A stretch of DNA of 63,349 nucleotides, filler included, from Chiloscyllium plagiosum (lineage: Eukaryota): NCBI RefSeq assembly GCF_004010195.1. It is 5 parts of one record of this genome, joined end to end, with 100 filler letters (N's around TTAATTAATTAA, not from the genome) between each part and the next. Parts side by side here need not be neighbours in the genome. Positions count along the whole stretch, not along the records: positions 25,305 to 35,269 come from NC_057716.1; positions 35,370 to 49,625 come from NC_057716.1; 3 more parts are not named here. One strand, given 5' to 3'. The notes under the pieces are model-generated. The model saw only the letters and a program-made list of their open reading frames with translations, was not told where the DNA came from and did not search any database. Shown here piece after piece: positions 25,205 through 38,889 of this stretch. A program made the translations under genes and the position numbers. The first letter of the stretch is position 1, and each line of letters begins with the position of its first letter.

Positions 25205-25304
25205 NNNNNNNNNNNNNNNNNNNNNNNNNNNNNNNNNNNNNNNNNNNNTTAATTAATTAANNNNNNNNNNNNNNNNNNNNNNNNNNNNNNNNNNNNNNNN
25301 NNNN
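25205..25304. other. Assembly gap with artificial TTAATTAATTAA spacer
   Basis: 44 N + TTAATTAATTAA + 44 N. Confidence 0.98.
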
Positions 25305-25600
25305 TGGTGAGGTCAGGATTGGAGCAGGGGGATTGGAGGGCTGCGCGTTGTGAGGGTGAGAGGTTGGAGTGGGGGAGGGGGGTCGACAGGTTGAGGCGGT
25401 TAATGTCCCGGCGGCAGTTGGAAATGAAGAGGTCGAGGGCAGGTAATAGGCCAGCGCGGGGTGTCCAGATGGATGCAGTGTGTTGGAGGTGGGCGAAGGG
25501 GTCCTCAGAACGTGGGCGGGAGTCCTGATTGTGAAAGTAAGCTCGGAGGCGGAGGCGACGGAAGAATTGTTCAACGTCACGACGTGTATTAAATTCCTCG
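25305..25600 (-). mobile_element. Penelope-like element ORF fragment (pre-RT region)
   Basis: EFNTRRDVEQFFRRLRLRAYFH..SIWTPRAGLLPALDLFISNCRRDI..HSNLSPSQRAAL. Matches 50096-50370. Confidence 0.85.
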
Positions 25601-25604
25601 TTTG

Positions 25605-26212
25605 ATAAGAAGGTGTACAGTGTGCTGGCTTTCATTAGTAGGAAGATTTAGTTTCTTTGCCATGAGGTTATGCTACTGCTCTATTGAGCCATGGTTAGAC
25701 CATATTTGGAATATTGTGTTCAGATCTGTTTACCTCATTATTGGAAACTTGTGGAAGCATTAGAAAGGGTGCAGAGGAGATTACCCAGGAGGGCAAAACT
25801 TATGAAGAAAGGTTAAGAGAGCTAGGGCTTTTCTCATTGAAGTGAAGAAGGATGAAAGGCAACTTGATAGAGGTGTACAAGATGTTGAGAGGCATAGATA
25901 GAGTGGATAGCCAGAGACTTTTCCCCACGGCGGAAATGTCTGTGATGAAGGGACATAATTTTAAGGTAATTGGAGGAAGGTTTAGGGGAGATGTCAGAGG
26001 TATGTTCTTTACACACAGTGTGGTGGGTGTGTGGAATGCACTGCCAGCAGTGGTAGTAGAGCTAGATACAATAGGGACATTTAAGCGACTCTTTGATAGG
26101 CACATGGAAGGTAGATTAGTCTGATCTTAGAGAAAGATAGAAAGGCCGGCACAACATCGAGGGCTGAAGGGCCTGTACTGTGCTGTATTGTTCTGTGTTC
26201 TATGTTCTATGT
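25605..26212 (+). mobile_element. CR1 3' end
   Basis: GNLIEVYKMLRGIDRVD..KGHNFKV..FFTHSVVGVWNALP with a (TGTTCTA)n tail. Confidence 0.88.
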
Positions 26213-26688
26213 TCAAAGTGCAGTCCTGACTTCCTCAGTTCAGATGGAGTTTGATTCTCCAGGCCTTTCTGACCTGGAAGATATGTGTGATTATTCCCTG
26301 GTGCCTGCTAAGAATGCCTGGTCCAGATATAGCCTCACATCCTTCATTTTGGTCATCTGCAGGCTTTCAATCATAGGTCGGAGGAAGGTAGAGTGGCTTG
26401 GCTCGTCTGAAGTGTCCTGAGAAGAAGCTATAAAGGATAATTATATGGCTCCTCCTCCCTTTTGGAGCCTGCTCTAACTACTCTGTCTCTCTGAGAGGAA
26501 GGAGGACCTGGAGTTGGATTAAAGTTCCATGACTCCCTCTCATTGTGTTTTTGATGCTGAGTACCTACACCCAGAGTAATTGTGTGCAGGTTCTTACATG
26601 TATCCAGCAACACTGAGTGTGCTAGACTTAGTTATCCATGGTGGTTACCAACCTATCCACAGAGACAGGCAGACTTATGGATGCCAGA

Positions 26689-26742
26689 TGCTGCCCTGGA
26701 TGCTGCCTGACCTACTGCGCTTTTCCAGCAACACATTTTCAG
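26689..26742 (+). mobile_element. Tiny family-A fragment with 14-bp TSD
   Basis: TTATGGATGCCAGA at 26675-26688 and 26743-26756. Confidence 0.7.
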
Positions 26743-27142
26743 TTATGGATGCCAGAGCCAGGATAGTAATGCTAATGTTGATGAACTCTTCCATTTTCAA
26801 TCCAGCTTACTAACTGCATCTTCGTGGTTGTCTGCTGTCCTTGTGTCTGCCTGTGCACTTTCACTATGCCATTAAGAGCTAGGTTATGGGATCATCTTCT
26901 TCCTGGGATTGAACAGGGTTCTGCTGTCTGGTCATTCTTTGATTGCCAAAGCCCTGTACCATTTTTATCTTGATCAGCTATCGAGATGTACTCACCAGAT
27001 TATTTACTCTCAAATAAAGAAGGGCAGAATTGCCTACTTCTGTTGCTATGTATGGTTTTACCATTATGAATTACTGATTTCTCAGCTTATCAGTAGTTAG
27101 TAATCAGCAGAAGGCTTTCTTGTTTCTGCCACAAGTGTTCAT

Positions 27143-27460
27143 TAGATGATTAGATTCCCTACAATGTGGAAACAGGCCCTTTGGCCCAACAAGTCCACAC
27201 TGACCCTCCGAAGAGCAACCCACCCAGACCCTTACATTTACCCCTGATTAATGTACCTAACACTACGGGCAATTTAGCATGGCCAATTCACCTAACCTGC
27301 ACATCTTTTTGGACTGTGGGAGGAAATCAGAATTCCCTGAGGAAACCCACGTAGACACGGGGAGAATGTGCAAACTCCACACCGACAGTCGCTCGAACCG
27401 GGAATTGAACCCAGGTCCCTGGCACTGTGAGGTCCCTGCTAACCACCGTGCTGCCCCACA
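27143..27460 (-). mobile_element. V-SINE (HE1-like)
   Basis: Reverse complement of the 13268-type element. Confidence 0.88.
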
Positions 27461-28294
27461 TCTACAGATTTACAGTCAATGAAGAAGCTTCAGAACAACT
27501 CAGTCCTAATTATATTCTACCACTGTTCTACTATGATTTTTCATTGAGACAGGACATGCCCAGATTTGCTGATGGTGGGATTTCCAGACATTGTTTGTAA
27601 GATATAATGCTGTATCCATGACTATATCAGGCTGTTGTGTCACCAGCTTATGGAAAGCACATCCAATTTTTCTGTATGTCACTAGATGATTGCTAGGAAG
27701 ATTTGTAAGGTTGACAGGACAGGTTTTTGCATTGTTGCTTAGTGCCAGAGCCTTGGCTAATGTCAAGTTGCCTTCCAGTTTCATTCCTTTCCTTAGGCTT
27801 TTAACAATTAATTACAACTGAGTGTCTTTTTAGCTCATTTCAGATGACTTTTAAGATTCATTGAAATGGCTCTCAGTCTAAAGTTATATGTGGGACAGAC
27901 AAATGCAGCACACTTAAGACAGAGATAATGAGGAATTTCTTCTTCTAGAGGGTATCTATGAAACTCTCTACTGCAGAGGAGTGCCAAGATGGAGTCATTA
28001 TAAGTATATTCATGAATTGAGGATTATCAGATCTGCCATGATCTTATTGAGTGACAGAGTAGATTCAGATTGGCTTACTTCAGTTCCTCTGTCCTGTTGT
28101 CTTCTAAGGATAGTGGATTTCTTCTTAAAGGCCAATGGTAAATCTGATTGGATTTTGCAACAATTGAAATTGGTGTCACGGCCATCATTAGATTACCTTT
28201 TAATCTGAGATTTCTCAATTGTGCTCAAATATCAACATCTGCCCTGGTGAGATCTGAACCACGTCTTTATGTAATAGCCTGGGTCTCCAGAATA

Positions 28295-28491
28295 AGAGCT
28301 GAAAATGTGTTGCTGGAACAGCGCAGCAGGTCAGGCAGCATCCAGGGAACAGGAGAATCGACGTTTCGGGCATAAGCCCTTCTTCAGGAACGCCGAGTCT
28401 CCTGTTCTCTGGATGCTGCCTGACCTGCTGCGCTGTTCCAGCAACACATTTTCAGCTCTGATCTCCAGCATCTGCAGACCTCACTTTCTTT
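28295..28491. mobile_element. Family-A fold-back insertion with intact HHR in the loop, 13-bp TSD
   Basis: About 60-bp inverted arms. TCCAGAATAAGAG at 28286-28298 and 28492-28504. Confidence 0.88.
28358..28389 (-). ncRNA. Minimal type-I hammerhead ribozyme motif (family A), intact core
   Basis: uc-CUGAAGA-a-GGGC-uuau-GCCC-GAAA-C-GUC-ga. All conserved core bases are present, with a palindromic loop-less stem III (ACGU) and a GUC triplet. Confidence 0.8.
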
Positions 28492-29449
28492 TCCAGAATA
28501 AGAGGCTAATTATGTTGTCACTAAGCCACTGCCTCCTATTGCCCCATTTCTAATTTTTTAGGTTCTCAAAAAACGATGTGGGCTTTCTTTTTTATATGTT
28601 CCAATCTTTCAACTTGTGAGTTGTGCTTCCACAAAGTGCTTGAAAATTCCAGAAAATTGACACAGCAGCAATAAACTAACAGTGATGCATTTGCTAGACT
28701 GAATGGTGTGTGACTTACAAAGTCATTATGAATGTTTGTTCACTTTATTCACTGTCGGCGCTGTCAGAATGCATCTGCTTCCTGTTAAGGAACTGCCAAT
28801 GTTTCCTGCTAAGAAAAGGAGAATGTAGAGAAAGGAAGGAGCTAGTAATTCTGCAAGTGTTCAGAGAAAGAGAAAAGCAGATTAACATTTCTGATTTAGT
28901 CCTTCATAAGTACTTTATGGATGAAGAATCCTGATTGAACGACTCGGGAAGTTGTCTTTTCGATGCTGACCAATTGGTTTGCACTTTCAAAATCTTTTTC
29001 TTTAATCAGAAATTCCAGCATTCTCTATTTACCCCTTTCTTTTACCACTCCTGTCCTTTGTTGTCCTTGTGGGTTTCCAGGTTCACTTTCCCAAAACTCC
29101 AACACTTCACCAGTGCAGACAGTTTTCATTCGCCAATTATGTATAGTGCAAAAGCAGGCTTAAAGCAATAAATGCAAGTAGTTCTGTGCAGGGAATTTGG
29201 TTGGTGTTCAGTAAGATGTTCAGTGATGCCTTCTATTGCTATACTTAGAATGTTTCACATACCTAGCTTTACAATCTGTACCATGTCCAACATCATTCAT
29301 GACTTTAGATCTATAGTGTCAGCTTCTCTAGTCCTGCTCCCTCAGGGTCATGGATGATTTTCTCCCACTCTCGTGTCATTGATCCTGGGATGACCATATA
29401 GTCCAATACTGGATCTACAAGTAGGTGGTGTTTGATGGGATGCTTGGGT

Positions 29450-32380
29450 TTGCACACATTCTCTCCTTAACCTATACCTGGGCCTATTGGAGATATTCAA
29501 AATACTTGGCACCTTGGCTTTTTCTCCAAATTGAGTGGTCTTAGGCTAGAGATTCTTATGGGTCAGTGGGGCTATTGTATATTTTTCAGGGAGGATTTAA
29601 GGATGGCCTTGAAGTATTTACTCTGTCCTCTTGGTAACCATTTGATATGCCAAGGCCTGGAGTAACGGACTTATTTTGGAAGTCTTGTGTCAACCATATA
29701 TATTGATGTGGCCTGCCCAAGCAAAGCAGTGGATTAATTGTAACCAGTGCCTTGATAGTGTGGATGTTAGCCTAAGAGAGAACACTATCATTAGAGCATT
29801 TATCCTGCTCGTGGATTTATAGGATTTTGTCAAGTCATTTCCCATGGTATTTCACCAAGTCTTTGAACTGTCTGCTCTATATTGTCCATGTCACCAGCAT
29901 GTACAGAAGGGCTGGTAACACTGCTCTCCTATAAATCATGAAGTGGATCTCAGGTTTGAGATCTTTGTCATCAACTGTTCTGTTCCGCAGATGGCCAAAG
30001 ACTGTGTTGGCACAGTGGAGATGGTGTTAAGTCTCCTTATTAATGCAGGTCATCGCTAAGAGGAAACTGCTAAGGTCTGCAAATTGATCAATATTGTCCA
30101 AAGGTTCACCTGGGATCTTGATCATTTGGTAGCAGTAGGGTGGTGGAAGATCTTTGCCTTCCAGTTATTTAGCTAAAGGCCAAATCTTTCACATGTTTTT
30201 GTTAATGAATCAACAAGCAAGAATGTCTGCACAGAGCTCTCAATGATAGAGATTAAGGTGGTTTTTGTTCCAGACTGGATGTGACATAGGTTCAACAGAT
30301 TTGTGCTCATCCTTCACATTAGCTTCATGCATGTGAGATGTCTCATTGAATGTGTTATGATCTGGCAAGAAGGATAGAGATGGGTCTTGCTGTGATGATA
30401 ATGCCTTACTTGAGCCAGATTTGCACACGTATTGGGACTATGGTGGATCCATTGGTGAGGTTCATAGATTGTATACCAGCATGCAGCAGGGTGAGGATGG
30501 TCATGAATGTTTGTGGGCAATCAAATTTTGAGGAGAACACTGTATATTCCTGCTTGTTTGACTGAGTCATAGGTCTTTGTGAGGTCATGCTGTTGCTCTG
30601 AGTTTTTCCTAAAATTGTCTTGCTGTGAAGATCATTACTACAGAGCCTCTTGATGGAATCTGCATTTGACTGGGAGAAGGTGATTGAGGAGGATTTTTGC
30701 CAAGCTCTTCCCAGTGGCAGATGGCAGGACACTCCTCTATAGATACCTAAATTGGACTTAGCTCCTTTCTTGAAGATGGTCACAGTTAGAAAGTCTCGGA
30801 TTTCCCTGACCATGTTTTCCTCATTCCAAATGAAGGAGATGAGGTTGTGTATATGAGCCTAGAATGCTTCTTCATTCCATTTTAATATTTCAGAATGGAT
30901 TCCAAAAACCTTGCAGCTGCCAGATGCATTTTTTGACATCATGTATGGCTAAGATTGTGTTGAGTTGGTGGCAGATACCATGTCTTGGTTTGTGGTAGAG
31001 AGCATTCACTTTCATGACTGAACGTCTGATGAAGAGGTCCTCAAAACACTCCTTCCAACAAGTGCTCACCGCCTCTCTGTCCTTAATGAGTAACACTCCA
31101 TTCTTAACTCTCTGTGGTGTAGGTTCTTGGGTAGTTGAGCCTTGGATAGTCTTGACTGTGGATTAAGTATCTATGTATGCTATGGCTCTCAGTGAGTTAA
31201 TAGATTTCTTGTACATTTTCTACCCACCATCTGTTCTTTAGGTCAGGATTTTTTTGTTGGATTTCATCGTCATTTTCCTGTGGACCTGTATTTCCGTCAG
31301 GTACCGGAGGGGTTTCCAGTTCAGGATTAATTTGTGCATGTGATTTAATAGCACTCGCCAAACTGTTCTGAAGAAGGATCTCTGGACTCAAAACGTTACC
31401 TCTGCTTTCTCTCCAAAGATACTAACAGACGTCCTGAGTTGTCTCCAACAATTTCCGTTTCTGTTTATGATGGACTTTAGGATAGACCAGTGTACATTCT
31501 GTGGTTCACATTTTTTGGGCATCACCAGTTAGACTGAGGTGCTGACTAAGTAGGTCCTTCTTTGCAGAGTCCTTGAGTCCATTGGCCTTGAATTCTCTGT
31601 GGCAGTGCTTCTGCTGCTATTTTTGGGTCAGGCTGATGGAGATAGTCAACCAGATTAGATGATGAGCAGTCCAGCAGTTGTCAACTACTATCATAACATA
31701 GGTGGTATGGACATCCATATGTCCCTTTCTCGGGCAATGAAGTAGACAAGCAGGTGTCAATGTCTGGAGCTAGATTTCTGCCTTGACATCATATATTTGT
31801 CTTGCTGCTTGTTATGACCAAACATTTTGTAGGCATTTCATTGGGAGGCTGTGTGCTTTCTCCGTGCAGCGATCAGCAGTTTTTCACAAACACATTCAGT
31901 TTGAGCAGAGCAATTGCATTTACAGGGGCGATAACTGTGGATATGACAGCGATGCCAGCCACGAGCTGGAGAGCTGGCAGGACACATGCACTGCTTCTTT
32001 TGCTTTGGCACATCATCTGTGTCTCTCAGACATTTGATAGGCCAGCACCCATCCTTCTCCTGGACTCTGGGATCAGAAATTATGCCCACAAAAAGCTGCT
32101 GACTAATCAGATGCAAACAGCTCATCTCTACTCCAATTTTACTCTGGGGCTGTTGGTTCCACACCCACCAGGAGGCATGGGGTTGAGCAGCCAGCCAAGC
32201 ACAGGTGATGATTGTGGGAAGGACGTCCTGATGGGATTGGCATCATGGGGGGGGGGGGCGGATATCTGTCTTTCCGAAAGCCGGGTCCTGTGATTGAAAC
32301 AGGGACCCCAATCAGAAGCCCGTGAAAACATATTTCGGCATTTGGTTGTCGTGTTCTCTGTGTGATTAACCATTAGGTGG
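29450..32380 (-). mobile_element. RTE-clade LINE, heavily degenerate
   Basis: RDFLTVTIFKKGAKSNLGIYRGVS..KFDCPQTFMTILTLLH..LTNGSTIVPIRVQ, plus WKECFEDLF in the EN-RT linker. Boundaries approximate. A small HHR-like repeat is inserted at about 31360-31465. Confidence 0.7.
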
Positions 32381-33388
32381 GAAGGCAGTGGGCTCCTGAC
32401 TCAGTCTCCCCTCCCACTTTATTAAATGTATCCACCATCAAACTCACCACCGGGGCAGCATAGAAAGTTCCACAGACAGAGAGATGCACAGAGCGTAGCT
32501 ATGAAGTCATAAGTAGAAGTTGAGCAAGAGGAAAAGTAGACAGCTTATTTGAAGGCAAGATTTTTTTTTTCACAGCTGAAGGAGTATTATGGATGTGGCA
32601 GGAGTGAGTGTGTCATACATCCTCCAGCTACACTCAGTAAGGATTCTTTAAATCTCTCCTTGTAGCTTTGCAGAGATCATCTGCATATTTGAATATTTGC
32701 TGAGATGACTCAGGATGTATATAAATCTCATGGATTAGATGAAGTTAGAGAAGCACTGTGGGCAATTTAGTAACAAAGCACACATTACGTTTACCTGAAA
32801 CAATTCAACTCTGGGATGTTCCCAAACCAAATGACTTCATGCAGTCAACATCAATACACACAGGGATAAAGATTGCTATTAGCTTGCTTTTCAGGTGCCA
32901 GCTGTGTTTTGGAATTTGTAGTGATGTATGGGAATGTGTGTGGGATACAGGAAATCTTTATAAACATATCTCTATAGTCACCACAAAATGTCTTTTCTCA
33001 AGATCAGAAAGGCATGCTTTTGAAAATTGTATGCATTGAAACAGCTTTAAAGGTTCAGAAGAGATTCACATAAATCACATGTGGTCTGATCTGAATTGCT
33101 ATGTTTTTATTACAAGATAGCTACAATTACTCCAATGTCACAACATTTGTTTCAAATGTTGTAAAATGTACCATCAGCAGGATGAGGTAGCTATTCCACT
33201 TAGTAAGACAAGGGCAATCCTTTGGTAGAATATGTCATAGTTTCTAGACATCCTTGTAATTCATTTTATAACACAATTCCAACTAACTGAACATATTTGC
33301 AACCTTGAGCAGTCTGAGTAATCTCCGAAAGTATTACTCTTCGAATGTATTTAGCATTTTAAACATTAAATGGCATTATTTGTTTATT

Positions 33389-33521
33389 AGGTAGGTAAAA
33401 ACAATGACTGCAGATGCTGGAAACCAGATTCTGGATCAGTGGTGCTGGAAGAGCACAGCAATTCAGGCAGCATCCGACGAGCAGCAAAATCGACGGTTCG
33501 GGCAAAAGCCCTTCATCAGAG
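33389..33521 (-). mobile_element. Family-A-related insertion beginning at an HHR (GAAC variant), 13-bp TSD
   Basis: TTATTTGTTTATT at 33376-33388 and 33522-33534. Minus strand begins CTCTGATGAAGGGCTTTTGCCCGAACCGTCGA. Confidence 0.85.
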
Positions 33522-34424
33522 TTATTTGTTTATTGTTACGATGATTTTCTTTGTTTTAATTGCTGGACAAATTGTAACATTTTACCATACGTGTGTTACT
33601 CTAATAACATAATGTCAGTACTATTTATACATTCATGTACAAGTGTTTTGAGTTGTCAAAGCAATCTGTCAATATAAGACCTTTCTTCGTGATCTCAAAT
33701 TTGAAGAAAACGGTTAAGAATGTGAATGAAGCGGATTGAAAATCCAGAAGAATCCACATTTAATTACTTAATATCAATTTGCAACAGCCTAAAGATGGAC
33801 GGTTTTTAGGCCTAGATTGTAAAATAGCATACTTCATAGAACTCTTCATTTTGTTGTGTTCTATCATTTTAATATACATTCACAGATCAACCAAAGGATC
33901 TGGATACCTAAGGAACCTTCAGATAAAAACATCCCTAGTTTAGAGGTTTTATCATAGACTTCATGAGTATATAGACATTGCACCCGGTTTGAATAATGGC
34001 CTTAAGAGGTAGTTTGCTGGAGTTGTTCTGACAATAATTGGACAGGTAAGAATATGATCAAGTAAGTGCATTCCCATTCAGCTTAACAGTGGCATTAAGA
34101 CTTGGGTCTATGGAAAGGCAAGAATGAAATAAATGAAAAATTTACAATGTTAAGGTTTTTTGAGTCAACATCTTTCAAAAAAAGCTAAGAAGTGCAGAAT
34201 TTGAACTCTGCCAAGAGCGAAGTCATAAAACATTTTATTCAGAAATAGTGGAAAGATATAAATGTCCTTGTGGCTCTTGCACCTCATTGCTGTGAAGTTC
34301 AAAACGTTGAAATAACTTACTATGAATCAGACTCCTTAAAATTATTTTGATGCATCAAAAATTCTCCTTTTTCACAGCAGATGTAACAGACAACAGCAGA
34401 AAATGTCTTATATTAGCCTTTATA

Positions 34425-37400
34425 GAGTCATAGAGATATAAAGCATGGAAACAGACCCTTCGGTCCAACCCTTCCATGCCGACCAGATATCCCAACCCAA
34501 TCTAGTCCCACCTGCCAGCACCCAGCCCATATCCCTCCAAACGCTTCCTATTCATATACCCATCCAAAAGCCACTTAAATGCTACAATTGCACCAGCCTC
34601 CACCACATCCTCTGGCAGCTCATTCCATACACGTACCACCCTCTGCGTGAAAAAGTTGCCCCTTAGGTCTCTTTTATATCTTTCCCCTCTCACCCTAAAC
34701 CTATTCCCTCTAGCTCTGGACTCCCCGACACCAGGGAAAAGACTTTGTCTATTTATCCTATCCATGTCCCTCATAATTTTGTAAACCTCTATAAGGTCAC
34801 CCCTCAGCCTCCGACGCTTCAGGGAAGATAGCCCCAGCCTGTTCAGCCTCTCCCTATAGCTCAAATCCTCCAACCCTGGCAACATCCTTGTAAATCTTTT
34901 CTGAATCCTTTCAAGTTTCACAACATTTTTCTGATTGGAAGGAGACCAGAATTGCATGCATTATTCCAACAGTACAGCCACAACATGACCTCCCAACTCC
35001 TTTACTCAATACTCTGACCAATAAAGGAAAGCATACTAAACTCCTTCTTCACTATCCTATCTACCAGTGACTCTACTTTCAAGGAGCTATGAACCTGCAC
35101 GCCAAGGTCTCTTTGTTCAGCAACATTCCATAGGACCTTACCATTAAGTGTATAAGTCCTGCTAAGATTTGCTTTCCCAAAATGCAGCACCTCGCATTTA
35201 TCTGAATTAAACTCCGTCTGCCACTTCTCAGCCCATCTGATCAAGATCCTGTTGTAATCTGAGGTAACCNNNNNNNNNNNNNNNNNNNNNNNNNNNNNNN
35301 NNNNNNNNNNNNNTTAATTAATTAANNNNNNNNNNNNNNNNNNNNNNNNNNNNNNNNNNNNNNNNNNNNCTCAGTCACCTGCCCTGCCTTATTTCCCAAG
35401 AGCAGGTCAGGTTTTGCACCTTCTCTAGTAGGTACATCCACATACTGAATAAGAAAATTGTCTTGTACGCACTTAAGAAATTCCTCTCCATCTAAACCCT
35501 TAACACTATGGCAGTCCCAGTCGATGTTTAGAAAGTTAAAATCCCCTCCATAACCATCCTATTATTCTTACAGATAGCTGAGATCTCCTTACAAGTTTGT
35601 TTCTCAAGTTCCCTCTGACTATTAGGGGGTCTATAATTAAATCCCAATAAGGTGACCATCCCTTTCTTATTTCTCAGTTCTACCTAAATAACTTCCCTGG
35701 ATGTATTTCCGGGAATATCCTCCCTCAGCACAGCTGTAATACTATCCCTTATCAAAAATGCCACTCCCCCTCCTCTCTTACCTCTCTTTCTATCCTTCCT
35801 GTAGCATTTGTATCCTGGAACATTAAGCTGCCAGTCCTGCCCATCCCTGAGCCATGTTTCTGTAATTGCTATGATATCCCTTGTTCCTAACCATGCCCTG
35901 AGTTCATCTGCCTTCCTTGTTAGGCCCCTTGCATTGAAATAAATGCAGTTTAAATTATTAGTCCGACCTTGTCTCTGACTGTTTGAATCTCTTCTGTTCT
36001 CAAATGCACCAGTCTCAGATTGATCTCTTTCTTCACTGTCTCCCTGGGTCCCAACCCCTCACCTTACTAATTTAAATCCTTCTAAGCAGTTCTAGCAAAT
36101 TTCCGTGCCAGTATAGTTCCCTTCCAATTTAGGTGCAGTCTGTCCTTCTTGTACAGGTCACCTTTACCCCAAAAGAGATTCCAATTATCTAAAAATGTGA
36201 ATCCTTTTCCCATACACCAGCTCCTCAGCCATGCATTCATCTGCTCTATCCTTCTATTCCTGCCCTGACTCGCTCATAGCACTGGGAGTAATCCAGTTAT
36301 TACAACCCTTGAGGACCTCCTTTTTAAATTTCTGCCTCTCTGTAATCTCCCTTAGAATCTCAACCTTTTCCCTTCCTATATCATTGGTTCCAATGTGGAC
36401 AATGACCTCTTGCTGGCCCCTCTCCCCCGTGTGAACATTCTGCACCCTCTCTGAGACATCCTTAGTCCTGGCACCAGGGAAACAACACACCATTCTACTT
36501 TTTCTCTGCTGGCCATAGAAACGTCTGTCTATACCTCTGACTACAGAATCCCCTAACACAATTGATTTCTTGGAACCCAACGTACCCCTTGTTGCATTTG
36601 AGCCAGTCTCAATACCAGAAACTTGGCTGTTCGTGCTACGTTCCCCTGAGAATCCATCACCTCCTACATTTTACAAAACAGCATACCTGTTTGAAATGGG
36701 TATATCCACAAAAGACTCCTGCCCTAGGTGCCCACCTCTCTTACCCTTCCTGGAGTTAACCTGTCTATGTGACTGTATCTGAGATATTCCCCCTTCCTAT
36801 AACTGCCATTCATCACATACTGTTGCTGTTGCAAATTGCTCATTGCTTCTGTCTGTCTTTCCAACCGATCCACTTGTTCTGATAAGATTCGCATCCAACA
36901 GCATTTATTGCAGATATAATCCGCAGTAACCCTTAAACTCTCTTTAAACTCCCACATCTGACAAGAAGTATATATCACTGCAAAGGCCATTTTTGCTCCT
37001 TCACAATCTACAGACCCAGAAATTAACACCATCTTATTCCTCTACAAAACACTGCCCCAAGTTAAATTAATACTTATGGCTTATATTTTAAGTTTAATCA
37101 AGAGGCTTATCTCCAAAAACATATAATCAAGAAAGAACCCACTGTACTCACTAATACAGCCTTTCTCTTGGACAGACTTAAAACAACAATTAACTTATCT
37201 GATTCTGTGTTGTGAACTTCGCCCAAACCCGTTCCTCCAAGATTAGTTGTGAAATTCACTGTTAATTTTTCCAGATGCACTCCAATGTCCAGGGACACAT
37301 GAATTCAAAAACAGCAAAGGCAGTAACTGTGCAGGTTTTTTCTCTCTCTCTCCTGCACTGTCCTCACCATGTGCTTCCTTTATCTTTTCTTCTCCCTTTT

Positions 37401-37577
37401 AAAACTACTGTTGTTTTGACATTTTTTTTCCAAAGTTCAAGAACAATGCAACAGCATATAAAACAGTAATTGCTGCTCCTGGAATTCGAGGAAATCACCT
37501 CCAGCACCTAAAATACCTCAAAAAAAGGAGCAGCTCTTACAGCCAGAAATTTTTCCTGTCCTCCATCTTGGATTACC
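34425..37577 (-). mobile_element. Near-full-length CR1: 5' UTR, ORF1 (Zn-finger, coiled coil, SGNH esterase), ORF2 EN..(gap)..RT, 3' tail
   Basis: ORF1 SCQMWE..YICNKC and IVLGDSVVRG..CFPGAR..VIVHIGTNDIG. RT C-terminus at 34502-35244. The middle of ORF2 is lost in gap 35270-35369, so continuity across the gap is unproven. Confidence 0.88.
35270..35369. other. Assembly gap with TTAATTAATTAA spacer
   Basis: 44 N + spacer + 44 N. Confidence 0.98.
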
Positions 37578-38889
37578 CAGAAGTAAATACAGGCAGAGTA
37601 GCCAGCTTGGTCACAATCATAGCATTGAGTTCTCTCATAGGGAATTCCTGTCAAAGACTCAGACCAGCCAAAAACTTCAAATTATACTTGGATTGTGAAT
37701 GTAATCTTAGTTTAAATGTTTGTTTGTATATCCTGTTTGTTCTAGGTATTTTTAAACAAACTGTTATACTTCTAAGTGAGTCGGTTATTTTATATTTCTT
37801 TCTAGGCAAATGTGTATAGCCAAAGTTACTGTTAGGTGTACTTATTACTCTGACAGATATTTTCAGACTATTTAAATTTTTCCATGCCCTATAGTTTTGA
37901 AACCATTATTAAAATCCAATCCAGGATTGATTTTAATAATTGAATGTTATTGAGGCTTCATTCTGAAAGTTGCACACACACTTTTCTCTGCTGCAATGTA
38001 CCAAATAGGTTTGTTTTATTCAGCAATATCTTTGGTAGTCTAAAAGATCTTGGGAATGTGGGAATTTTATAGCCGAGAACGTTGACTAATTACCAATAAT
38101 GATTTAGAATTGCACCTAGTTGAGGATTAATGTTAAGAATAAGTTCCATTGAATAAATGTATCTTTTCTTTGGAGATGGCAGAACCAGCCAGCCTGCGGC
38201 CAGGAACAGAGATGCTCTCATGCCTCTTATATTAGCATTTCTCACCTTTGATAGTGGTCATTGAGCTTTGATGCTGGAAAACCTTGTATTAGTTTTTCAA
38301 GCTCAGAGGCCCACCTGCTGTCCTTAATTTGAAACATCTTCCACAGGCTGTCTCTTACTTGGCCACCTTTTAAAATTGTTTTATGTCTCCCACAGCCAGT
38401 GTTTCTAGATTCCTGGCTTAGATTTCGTCCTGATGGACTTGAAAACCCAAAATCAAAATTCAGCTCACTGATTCTATACTAAATTTGGAAAAAGGAGAGA
38501 AATAAAGATTACAGTGCATTAATGGCAATGTTGATTTTCTCGCTAGTTAGAAGTAGAAAAACTACCAGCCAAGAAATAAAAATAAACAAAGCAAAAATCA
38601 GCCAACGAGATACATACATATATCTGTATGCATAATAAACATTGAACAAGCAGAAGAACGGAAAACAATTAATCAAACTGCTTTTCAAAGTGTTTTCAAT
38701 TCCCACCTGAGGATCAAATGATCAAAATATAATTTAATCTATGAATTCACATTAAATAACAGGTATCAAAACCATGAAATATGTATGTTAAAAACTCCAG
38801 AAATAGGAGACTTGCATTTCTACAGTGCCTTTAATTTTCGGGATGTCCCGCAAGTTAAATGCTTTTGAAGTGCAGTCACTGCTATAGTA

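Noticed and set aside
25249..25260. TTAATTAATTAA as a biological motif (also 35314, 49670, 61039)
   Set aside because: Always centred in 44+44 N, so it is a scaffolding linker.
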